This document shows, piece after piece, positions 10,134 to 18,274 of a stretch of DNA of 64,000 nucleotides. Position 1 is the stretch's first letter. Each line of letters starts with the position of its first letter. The position numbers and the translations under genes were made by a program. Source of the DNA: an uncultured Syntrophaceae bacterium (lineage in GTDB: Bacteria > Desulfobacterota > Syntrophia > Syntrophales > UBA5619). Below the pieces are notes generated by a model. The model searched no databases. It had not been told where the DNA came from and saw only the letters and a list, made by a program, of their open reading frames with translations. Location: NCBI GenBank assembly GCA_964637025.1, contig CAZWTL010000003.1:4056-68055 (forward strand), in the 5' to 3' direction.

Positions 10134-11096
10134 ATGAAGAAACTGTCTCTTTGGTGTTTGGCGGTTGTTTTTCTGTTGGCTCCCGGTCTGACCGCCGGTG
10201 CGGCCGATTTTCCCAAGGGACCCATAACCTATCTCATCCCGTTCAATCCGGGCGGACAATCCGATGTGGAGGCGCGTTTGCAGCAGCCCTATCTGGAAAA
10301 GGCGCTGGGAACGAAGATCATCGTGGAATACAAACCGGGAGCCGGCGGGGCTCTGGCGTGGAGCCAGTTCAGCAAGGCCAAGCCCGACGGTTATACAGTC
10401 TGCGGCATCAATATTCCGCACATCATCCTGCAGCCGCTCTCCCAGAAGGATGCCGCCTTCAAGACAACGGACCTGAAGCCCCTCTCCATCTTCGAATCGA
10501 CCCCGATTGGACTGGCGGTCAAGAAGGGATCCAAGATCAACACGCTCCAGGAGTTCATTGATTACGCCAAGGCCAATCCCGGCAAGATCACCGTCGGCAT
10601 TTCAGGCAAGCTCTCCGGCCATCACATGGCCTCTCTGGAATTTGAAAAGAAAACAGGCACCAAGCTGACGCTGGTCACCTTTACCGGTGCGGCGCCCCAG
10701 GCGACGGCGCTTCTGGGCGGCCATATCGAGGCCATCTGGGGGAACTCCTCCGACCTGGTCAGCTATTACAACGACATGAAGGTGCTGGCGATCGGCACGG
10801 AAAAGCGAATGGCCACCCTGCCCGATGTGCCGACCTTCCAGGAATTGGGCATGAAATTCTACCCGCGGATCGACCGCGGCGTGGCCGTGCCGAAGGATAC
10901 GCCGGCCGACATCACGGCTATCCTGGAAAAGGCCTTCCTGGATACGGTGAACGAAAAGGATTACAATGAGAAAATAACCAAGGCGGGCTTCGTGGCCATG
11001 AGCCTCAACAGCAAGGAGGCCACGAAATACATCGCCGAGCAGACGGAAGCGTACACGAAGCTGCTGGTCGAACACGATCTGCTGCTGAAGAAATAA
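10134..11096 (+). CDS. tctC: TTT periplasmic substrate-binding protein, TctC/Bug family (system 2)
   Basis: ATG 10134 opens the signal peptide MKKLSLWCLAVVFLLAPGLTAGAA. Bug-family core YLIPFNPGGQSDVEARL...PGAGGALAW. The ORF-track frame 10038-11096 was trimmed. Confidence 0.85.
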   Translation: MKKLSLWCLAVVFLLAPGLTAGAADFPKGPITYLIPFNPGGQSDVEARLQQPYLEKALGTKIIVEYKPGAGGALAWSQFSKAKPDGYTVCGINIPHIILQPLSQKDAAFKTTDLKPLSIFESTPIGLAVKKGSKINTLQEFIDYAKANPGKITVGISGKLSGHHMASLEFEKKTGTKLTLVTFTGAAPQATALLGGHIEAIWGNSSDLVSYYNDMKVLAIGTEKRMATLPDVPTFQELGMKFYPRIDRGVAVPKDTPADITAILEKAFLDTVNEKDYNEKITKAGFVAMSLNSKEATKYIAEQTEAYTKLLVEHDLLLKK

Positions 11097-11294
11097 CGGT
11101 CTGTGCGCGTTTCTATCGCCCGCAGGGTCCTCACGGGAGGGTCCTGCGGGCCATCCGTTTGGCCGTCGGACCTCCATGCTCCAGGATGAAGGGGCAACCA
11201 GCAGCGAACACCGCGGGCTTCAGGCGCCTCCCCGGCCCCTGACTTTCAAGACACCCCGCCGGACCGTTCCGTGAGATCGATCCGAAGCCTTTTC

Positions 11295-11320
11295 AGGATC
11301 GAAATCTTCCTGTCGATCCT
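11295..11320. promoter_or_regulatory. Inverted repeat AGGATCGA-N10-TCGATCCT upstream of the larA-like operon promoter
   Basis: Perfect 8-bp arms at 11295-11302 and 11313-11320, in the AT-richer 600-bp intergenic region. A related GATCGATC palindrome lies at 11274-11281. Confidence 0.4.
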
Positions 11321-11364
11321 GTCCGATGTATGGTCCATCGTATCTAAAATGCGGCATTTTTCTC

Positions 11365-11393
11365 TTGACACGCGATTCCCTTTTACATATATG
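11365..11393 (+). promoter_or_regulatory. Sigma70-like promoter candidate for the larA-like/OFOR/comA operon
   Basis: TTGACA (11365-11370), 17-nt spacer, TATATG (11388-11393). It sits in a locally AT-rich stretch about 310 nt upstream of ATG 11706. Confidence 0.4.
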
Positions 11394-11705
11394 TTTCCTA
11401 ACGATATTAGGCAGTCAGAAGGAAATGAACCGCCGGTCGGCACGTGCTGCAATGGAAATGACGCGTCCCGTTGCATGATCGGACAGAAACGATGAGCGGG
11501 GGGCTGATGCGGCCAGGAAGATTGACGTGGCCGATTCTGCGGTAAGGTTTTTCATTCGGCCGACGTCAACGCGACCTCACCAGACCGCTTCCTTCATCTC
11601 CGCACGCTGCAGGGACGGTTGTCCGTCCCAGTCCTTCGGCGCTGAACAGGCGGAGAGATCCTTCGGGAACCGTTTCCGCCAAGCATAAAGGATTGCTTTG
11701 AACCC

Positions 11706-12971
11706 ATGCAGACAGCCTTGAAATACGGGCAGGATCTCCTGTCGCTTTCCCTCCCGGAAAGAGCCAGTGTATCCGTCCTCCAACCCTCCAGCCTGCCCGT
11801 ACTGAACAATGTGGAGGAGTCCTTCAACCGCGCCATGGACAGCCCGCTGGGCGGCCTGATGCTGGAGGCGATGGCGGCGCCAGGCACGGTGTCCATTGTC
11901 GTGCCTGACGAGACCAGGCCGGCGCCGGTCAAGACGCTCCTGCCGCTGCTGCTCAAACGGCTATACAGGGCCTTCCCGGAATTGCGTCCCGCCGATATCA
12001 CGATCGTTGTGGCCGCGGGGCTGCATCCGCCCCTCGATGAATCTGGACTGAGGCGTGTGGTGCCGGAGGCGGTTGCGCCGGGCTGCCGGGTCATTTCCCA
12101 CGACGCGCTCCACTCCCCAATGAGGGACTTCGGCCGCACGAGCCGCAACACGCCGGTGCGGATCAACTCCTGCTTCGCCGAGGCGGATCTCAGACTCCTG
12201 ATCGGCAATATCGATCCCCATCAGTTCGTGGGCTTCACGGGAGGCGCCAAGGGGGCCGTTATCGGTTGCGGATCGGCCAGGACCATTGAGGCCAACCATG
12301 CCCTGATGTTTCACGACTTGGCCAGGGTGGCCAACATCGAAGGCAACCCCGTGCGCGCGGACATCGACGAAGCGGGCCGGATGATCGGCATCCCGATGGT
12401 CATCAATGTCGTACTCGACGGGGACAAGAGGCCGGTGCAGCTTCTGGCCGGCGAACCGGTGGCCGTCTACCGGACCGGCGCCGCGACCTGCGCGGCGATT
12501 TACGGGGTGGCCGTTCCGGATCCGTTCGATATGGCCGTCGCCTCCTGCGGGGGACACCCGAAGGACATCACCCTCTACCAGGCCCAGAAGGGGCTGGCCC
12601 ATGCGGCCCAGGCCGTGAAACCCGGCGGAAAGATCCTGCTGCTGGCCGCCTGTCCGCAAGGGGTGGGGGATGATGTCTATTTCGAGTACGCCTCACGGTT
12701 TCCGACGCCCCAGGCCGCACTGGAAGACTTCAAAAAAACCGGATTTCGAATGGGGGCCCACAAGGCCTTTCTTTTCGACAGGATCCTGGCGGCTTTCGAC
12801 GTGGCTATCGCCTCGGACCTGGATGCGGCGATCCTGCAGCAGTGTCATCTGCGGGCCTGCGATCCTCAGCAAACGGTGGAACGCTGGGTTGCGGACTTTT
12901 CCGGGAAACCTTCCCTGGCCGTCATTCCCAATGCGAACACCACCTATTTTTATCAGCCATCAGCCCCGTGA
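11706..12971 (+). CDS. LarA-family (nickel-pincer cofactor dependent) 2-hydroxyacid racemase/epimerase homologue
   Basis: 421 aa. N-terminal LarA/DUF2088-like layout (VSIVVPDETRPAP...VVAAGLHPP) and the segment DPHQFVGFTGGAKG. That segment resembles the LarA His / G-(F/Y)-(S/T)-G-G-x-K cofactor-lysine region as I remember it. Confidence 0.75.
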   Translation: MQTALKYGQDLLSLSLPERASVSVLQPSSLPVLNNVEESFNRAMDSPLGGLMLEAMAAPGTVSIVVPDETRPAPVKTLLPLLLKRLYRAFPELRPADITIVVAAGLHPPLDESGLRRVVPEAVAPGCRVISHDALHSPMRDFGRTSRNTPVRINSCFAEADLRLLIGNIDPHQFVGFTGGAKGAVIGCGSARTIEANHALMFHDLARVANIEGNPVRADIDEAGRMIGIPMVINVVLDGDKRPVQLLAGEPVAVYRTGAATCAAIYGVAVPDPFDMAVASCGGHPKDITLYQAQKGLAHAAQAVKPGGKILLLAACPQGVGDDVYFEYASRFPTPQAALEDFKKTGFRMGAHKAFLFDRILAAFDVAIASDLDAAILQQCHLRACDPQQTVERWVADFSGKPSLAVIPNANTTYFYQPSAP

Positions 12972-13086
12972 GGGGTGTTGTTCCGACGGGCCGGGCAGAC
13001 GCCAGGCATGGGAAACGTCTTGGAGATCGTCCCTGCATGTGGAACCCATCCGGGTGCAGGGTTCATGAACGGGGAGGCTTGGGGGC

Positions 13087-13296
13087 ATGGTCATCAAAAT
13101 CAACAGGGATTTCTGCAAGGGGTGCGGCTTCTGCATCACCTTCTGCCCGAAGAAGGTCTATGAGCGGTCGGGAGAACTCAACAAGAAGGGGTATGAACCG
13201 CCCAAGGCCGCAAGGCCGGAGGATTGTTCGGAGTGCGGGATGTGCGATCTCTATTGTCCCGAGTTCGCCATTGTGCTCGAGAGGGAATCGGCCTGA
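13087..13296 (+). CDS. 2-oxoacid:ferredoxin oxidoreductase delta subunit (2x[4Fe-4S] ferredoxin)
   Basis: 69 aa with two CxxCxxCxxxCP motifs (CKGCGFCITFCP, CSECGMCDLYCP). RBS GGGGAGG lies upstream. Confidence 0.85.
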   Translation: MVIKINRDFCKGCGFCITFCPKKVYERSGELNKKGYEPPKAARPEDCSECGMCDLYCPEFAIVLERESA

Positions 13297-13476
13297 CGCG
13301 GCGCCAGAATGTCGATTGTGGGAAGAACCTGGACGGCCTGTCCTGGATCTTCCCCGGACAGGGCGGACCCTGCGATATCCGGCCGGCATGGTTGCACGGA
13401 GGTTCGACCAAGTCGTCCGGGAAACCACTAGACGCTCCCTTCCGGGATCAGGGCTTAAGAACAGGAGGTTGAAGTT

Positions 13477-14646
13477 GTGTTGAAACAGGAATGCAGCATC
13501 AACAAATTTTTCGTCCAAGGCGACGAGGCCATTGCCGAAGGCGCCATCGCCGCGGGTTGCCGCTACTTTGCCGGTTATCCGATCACCCCGGCATCGGAGA
13601 TCTCGGAAACCATAGCCAAGCGGTTCCCGGAAGTGGGCGGCGTGGCGATCCAGATGGAGGACGAACTGGCCTCGATCCATTCGGTGGGCGGGGCGTCCGT
13701 GGCCGGAATGAAGGCCATGACCGTCTCCTCGGGCCCGGGGATCAGCCTGAAGCTCGAGGGGCTGGGCTGGGGCATCAAGAACGAGCTCCCCTATGTTGTG
13801 GTGGACGTGCAGCGCGCGGGACCCAGCAACGGCGTCGCGACGCGGGTGGGGCAGGCGGATCTCTACACCGTGAAGTACGGATCCGCCGGAGGAAACAACT
13901 CGATCATCGCCCTGTCGCCCATGAACGTTCAGGAGGCCTTCGATCTCACCGTCGAATGTTTCAACCTGTCGGAAAGCTTCAGGACCCCGGTCTTTCTGCT
14001 GACCGATGAAACCGTAGGGCACACCCGGGAGTTGCTCGTCATCCCCGACGAGAGGGAGCTGAAGATCGTTCCCCGCCGCAAACCGACGGTCCCGCCCTCG
14101 GAATTTCTGATGTATCCGCTCGACACCCCCGGGGCCATCGATTATCCCTATCCCAATATCGGCGAGGGCTACGGCATCTGTGTGTCGCCCTATACGCATA
14201 CGCCCAGAGGGTATGCCACGACCGCGGAAAAGGATCAGGACCGGATGGCGATCCATCTGGTCCGCAAGATCACGGACCATCTGGACCGGCTGACCCGCGT
14301 CCAGGAAGAGATGATCGACGACGCCGAATACGGGATCATCGCTTACGGCTGCGAGGCGAGGCCGGCCATGGAGGCCGTGAAAAAGGCCCGGGCGGAGGGA
14401 ATGAAGGTCGGATTCCTCCGGCCCATCATCGTCTGGCCTTTTCCGGACGAGCCGGTCTATCGCATGGCCTGCAAGGTCAAAAAGATCCTGGTGCCCGAAC
14501 TGAACCGGGACGGCCAGCTCTCCCGCGAGGTCCAGCGGGCGGCAAAGGGCCAGGCCGACGTCTATCACCTGGGGTCGGGCGGGGTGGAGACCCACCAACC
14601 GATGCAGGTATACAACGAATTGATGCGCATCATCGGAGAAAAATAG
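13477..14646 (+). CDS. 2-oxoacid:ferredoxin oxidoreductase alpha subunit
   Basis: GTG 13477 lies 8 nt after AGGAGG (13463-13468). The N-terminus GDEAIAEGAIAAGCRYFAGYPITPASEI is typical of KorA/PorA/VorA. Confidence 0.85.
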   Translation: MLKQECSINKFFVQGDEAIAEGAIAAGCRYFAGYPITPASEISETIAKRFPEVGGVAIQMEDELASIHSVGGASVAGMKAMTVSSGPGISLKLEGLGWGIKNELPYVVVDVQRAGPSNGVATRVGQADLYTVKYGSAGGNNSIIALSPMNVQEAFDLTVECFNLSESFRTPVFLLTDETVGHTRELLVIPDERELKIVPRRKPTVPPSEFLMYPLDTPGAIDYPYPNIGEGYGICVSPYTHTPRGYATTAEKDQDRMAIHLVRKITDHLDRLTRVQEEMIDDAEYGIIAYGCEARPAMEAVKKARAEGMKVGFLRPIIVWPFPDEPVYRMACKVKKILVPELNRDGQLSREVQRAAKGQADVYHLGSGGVETHQPMQVYNELMRIIGEK

Positions 14647-14727
14647 CATCGGCCTGCCGGATATCTCGAAAGCGGCCGCAACAGCAGCATCCGGCATTCC
14701 CAAGCAACAGCGAAGGAGGCGACACCT

Positions 14728-15591
14728 ATGAAGAACCAAGGAGGAGATTTGGAAAAAACCATCCATCCCTTGGCGGCAAAATATCTGCGGCAGGAGAGGA
14801 TGCCGCACATGGCCTGTCCCGGCTGCGGCATAGGCCAGGTGGTCCATTCGACCCTGATCGCCTGCGATGAACTGGGCCTGACTCCGGAGGACACGGTCTG
14901 GGTTCAGGGCGTGGGCTGCTCGAGCCGCATCACCTATACCCTCTGGAAGGGGGACAGCATCGATGCGCACCACGGCCGCATTTTCGCCGTGGCCACAGGC
15001 ATGAAGCTCTCCCGACCGGATCTCAATTTCATCTGCTTCACCGGGGATGGCGACTGCATGTCGATCGGCGGGAACCACTTTCTTCATGCCTGCCGCCGCA
15101 ATCTCGATGTCACGGCCATCATGTTCAACAACGCCATATACGGGATGACAGGCGGACAGGTGGCCCCCACGACCCCGATGGGGGCCATGACGACGACCAC
15201 CCCTTACGGCAACATCGAGGATCCCATGGACTCGATCCAGGTGGCCATTGCCGCTGGCGCCTCGTACGTGGCCCGTTGGCGCTCGACGGATTTCCGTCAG
15301 GTCGTCCAGTCCATCAAAAAGGGGATACAGACCAAGGGATTCAGTTTCATCGAGGTTCTCGTGCAGTGTCCGACCCAATTCGGCCGATACGTGCTCAGGA
15401 CGGGGGATCCCGTCAAGATCGTCCGCTGGTACAGGGAACACACCGTCACTTTGCAGAAGGCGGAGAAGATGGCTCCGGAAGAGATCAAGGACAAGATGCT
15501 CATCGGCGAATTCGTTCACCGGACCGACCGCACGGGCGTCGTGGAGCGTTATTGGGACATGATTCATAAAATCCAGAGGGAGAGGGCTTAG
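14728..15591 (+). CDS. 2-oxoacid:ferredoxin oxidoreductase beta subunit (TPP-binding)
   Basis: CPGCGIG near the N-terminus, and the TPP/Mg motif FTGDGDCMSIGGNH...NNAIYGMTGGQ. RBS GAAGGAGG. Confidence 0.85.
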   Translation: MKNQGGDLEKTIHPLAAKYLRQERMPHMACPGCGIGQVVHSTLIACDELGLTPEDTVWVQGVGCSSRITYTLWKGDSIDAHHGRIFAVATGMKLSRPDLNFICFTGDGDCMSIGGNHFLHACRRNLDVTAIMFNNAIYGMTGGQVAPTTPMGAMTTTTPYGNIEDPMDSIQVAIAAGASYVARWRSTDFRQVVQSIKKGIQTKGFSFIEVLVQCPTQFGRYVLRTGDPVKIVRWYREHTVTLQKAEKMAPEEIKDKMLIGEFVHRTDRTGVVERYWDMIHKIQRERA

Positions 15592-15594
15592 ATC

Positions 15595-16146
15595 ATGGCC
15601 AGAACGGAGATTCGTTTTGCGGGATTCGGAGGTCAGGGTCTGTTGCTGGCGGGCATCATGATGGGGACGGCGGCCACAATCCTGGACTGCAAGAACGCCG
15701 CCCAGACCCAGTCCTACGGAACCGAGGCCAGAGGCGGGGCCAGCCAGTGCAACGTGGTGATCGACGACGAGCCGATCACCTATGTCGGCGTCGTCAACCC
15801 GGATGTCTTCGTGTGCATGAGCCAGGAGGCGTACGACAAGCTCATCGGCGACGTCCGCGAGCAGGGCCTCGTCTTTTACGACAGCGACCTGGTCAAGGTC
15901 AAGGAGCTGCCGAAGTGCCGGCAGATCCCCATCCCGGCCACCAAGACGGCAATCGATATCGTCGGCCGGAAGATCGCGGCCAACATGGTCATTCTGGGCA
16001 GCGTGATCGAAAGCACGGGGATTATCGATGCCGATCTGGTCAAAAGGTGCATACGGGAAAACGTTCCCAAGGGGACGGAGGAGATCAACATGCAGGCCTT
16101 CGACAAGGGAAGGGAGCTCTATCGTGAAACCGCGACGAAGGCCTGA
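15595..16146 (+). CDS. 2-oxoacid:ferredoxin oxidoreductase gamma subunit
   Basis: FAGFGGQGLLLAGIMMG...QSYGTEARGG is typical of the gamma subunit. It starts 4 nt after the beta subunit stop. Confidence 0.85.
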   Translation: MARTEIRFAGFGGQGLLLAGIMMGTAATILDCKNAAQTQSYGTEARGGASQCNVVIDDEPITYVGVVNPDVFVCMSQEAYDKLIGDVREQGLVFYDSDLVKVKELPKCRQIPIPATKTAIDIVGRKIAANMVILGSVIESTGIIDADLVKRCIRENVPKGTEEINMQAFDKGRELYRETATKA

Positions 16147-16167
16147 CGCATTCGAGGAAGGAGAGAC

Positions 16168-17142
16168 ATGAACAAGAAGATCCTCATCACGGAGAACATC
16201 ACGGGGTCCGGCATCGACGCGCTCAAGGCGAAATACGACTGCCGCTGGGACAAGGACCTCTGGCAGAAGCCGGAGGAACTCCTGGCGATCGCCGGTCAAT
16301 TCGACGCGATCATCGTGCGCAATCAGACGAAAGTGACTGCCGATCTTCTGAAGGCGGCCGCCCGATGCCTGGTGATCGGACGGGCGGGCGTGGGCGTCGA
16401 CAACGTGGATGTCAAAACGGCCTCGGAGCTGGGGATCGCGGTGGCCTTCACCCCGGAGGAGAACGCGATCTCTGTGGCGGAGCAGGTTCTGGGGATGATG
16501 CTCTGCATGGCCAGGCGATTCGTGGGGGCCGATGCGAGCGTCAAGTCGGGCAAGTGGGACCGGATGTCTTTTCTGGGTGTGGAGCTCTTCGGCAAGACCC
16601 TGGGCATCGTCGGACTGGGAAAGATCGGGGCCCGGGTGGCGACCCGCGCCCGCGCCTTCGGCATGCGCATCATCGCGTACGATCCCTACCTTACCCGGCA
16701 CCATATCCACGTAACGGAAAACCAGGCCGAACTGAAGGATCTGGACACGCTGTTTTCGACCAGCGACTTCATCACCATCCACCTTCCACTGACGGCTGAG
16801 ACCCGTCACCTGATCGGCAGGGAAAAGCTGAGCCGGATGAAGCCTACGGCGTATCTGGTCAACACGTCGCGCGGTCCCGTCGTGGACGAGGCCGCTCTCT
16901 GCGACGCCCTGAAACGGAACGTGATCGCCGGGGCGGCCCTGGATGTGCGCGAAGAGGAGCCGCCCAAGGCCAGCCCGCTCAACGCCCTACCGAACATCCT
17001 GTTGACGCCCCACGTGGCGGCCTTCACCGTGGAGGCGCAGGACAAGGTTCAGGAGTCGCTTGCCGAGGACGTGGACCGGATCCTGGAGGGCAGGCCGGCG
17101 TTGCGGTTCGCGAACTTTCCCGCACCGAAGCGATCCGCGTGA
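16168..17142 (+). CDS. D-isomer-specific 2-hydroxyacid dehydrogenase (SerA/PGDH-like), substrate unknown
   Basis: NAD fold GIVGLGKIGARVATRA. Catalytic-region motifs NTSRGPVVDE and LLTPHVAAFT. Confidence 0.85.
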   Translation: MNKKILITENITGSGIDALKAKYDCRWDKDLWQKPEELLAIAGQFDAIIVRNQTKVTADLLKAAARCLVIGRAGVGVDNVDVKTASELGIAVAFTPEENAISVAEQVLGMMLCMARRFVGADASVKSGKWDRMSFLGVELFGKTLGIVGLGKIGARVATRARAFGMRIIAYDPYLTRHHIHVTENQAELKDLDTLFSTSDFITIHLPLTAETRHLIGREKLSRMKPTAYLVNTSRGPVVDEAALCDALKRNVIAGAALDVREEEPPKASPLNALPNILLTPHVAAFTVEAQDKVQESLAEDVDRILEGRPALRFANFPAPKRSA

Positions 17143-17169
17143 CGACATATAGACAATGAGAGGAAGCCT

Positions 17170-18159
17170 ATGAACGCAAAATTCTACAAAAGAGCCGTCC
17201 AGTGTCTGGATGCCAAAATCGGCATCGTCTCCAACAACCGGGAACTGATCCGGGACAAGCGTTTCTTCCGTTCCCCCAAGATGGAATCGCTCCTGACCAA
17301 CATCCACAAGCTGCCTGAGATCCCCTACAAGGATCTGGACGCGGAATTCATCGTGGTCGACGACCCCCAGGTGAAGCCCTCCGTCTCCATCGGCCCCCGG
17401 ACCTGCTTCTGCGCCGGGGACTTCACCCGGATGGAGAAGGAGTGCGCCGACATCCGCTACGGGCTGTTCGGCAATCTGGGACTCTTCTTCCGCTATACCC
17501 TGGCCGTTCTGGAGCGTTGCCACGGCATTTACAGTTTTCACGCCAGCTCGATGTTCATCCCGAGCAACAAGACCCTGCTTTTGGTCATCGGAGAGGCGGG
17601 CGCCGGTAAGACCGTATATCTGCTCGAGGCGGTGGTTCAGGGGTGGAAAATTTTCAGCACGGAAATGACCCACATGCGGCTCACGAAGAGCGGCTACGAA
17701 TTCTACAAGGGCTCGCTCTACGACAATGTTCGCGTGGGCAACCTGGTCTATGACTTTCCCGAGGCCATCGACCGGCTGAAGTTGAAGATCCCGAAGGTGG
17801 ACAACATCTGGGGCCACAAGATCACCATCGATCTGGAGCCGCTGCAGGCGGCCGATGTCTATCGGAATCCCCGGGTGCAGATCGCCAATGTGAAGATCGA
17901 ATCTGACCGGACCAAGGCCGACGTCAATGTGATGAAGAACAGGGACAAGGTCGCCTGGACGCTCTACAAGAACGCCAGCGAAAAGCTGGCGCCGCCCTGG
18001 CTGATGTACGAGAGGATTCCGGTGGACGGGTGCGGGGACGAAGCCCTCTCCCGCGCCCGGATCGATGCCATGCGCCGGTTCATGGAAATCGGCGACATCC
18101 TGCCTGTGAAGTCCATATTCGCGGGCGTCAAGAACTGCCTGGAAGGGATCGAGATGTGA
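17170..18159 (+). CDS. Hypothetical soluble protein with an HPr-kinase/PEPCK-like P-loop (putative small-molecule kinase)
   Basis: The only recognisable element is LLLVIGEAGAGKTVYLLEAVVQGWKIFSTE, which resembles the HprK C-terminal GxSGxGKS...E...G...(D/E) segment. RBS GAGAGGAAG. Confidence 0.5.
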   Translation: MNAKFYKRAVQCLDAKIGIVSNNRELIRDKRFFRSPKMESLLTNIHKLPEIPYKDLDAEFIVVDDPQVKPSVSIGPRTCFCAGDFTRMEKECADIRYGLFGNLGLFFRYTLAVLERCHGIYSFHASSMFIPSNKTLLLVIGEAGAGKTVYLLEAVVQGWKIFSTEMTHMRLTKSGYEFYKGSLYDNVRVGNLVYDFPEAIDRLKLKIPKVDNIWGHKITIDLEPLQAADVYRNPRVQIANVKIESDRTKADVNVMKNRDKVAWTLYKNASEKLAPPWLMYERIPVDGCGDEALSRARIDAMRRFMEIGDILPVKSIFAGVKNCLEGIEM

Positions 18160-18274
18160 TGCGGAAAGGGGCCTGTATTGCGGGATCCGCTGCACGACAG
18201 GCGAGGCACAAGATTTAATCATCCATTCCGGGACGGATCGGACCGGAGTCATATTCAACTGAGGAGGTTTGAGA

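Noticed and set aside
13063-16809. 1248-aa minus-strand ORF spanning the whole OFOR / hydroxyacid dehydrogenase region
   Set aside because: It is antisense to five plus-strand genes that have clear RBSs and catalytic motifs. Its translation is Arg/Gly/His/Pro/Asp-rich with no recognisable domain. This is a typical stop-codon-poor antisense frame in high-GC DNA.
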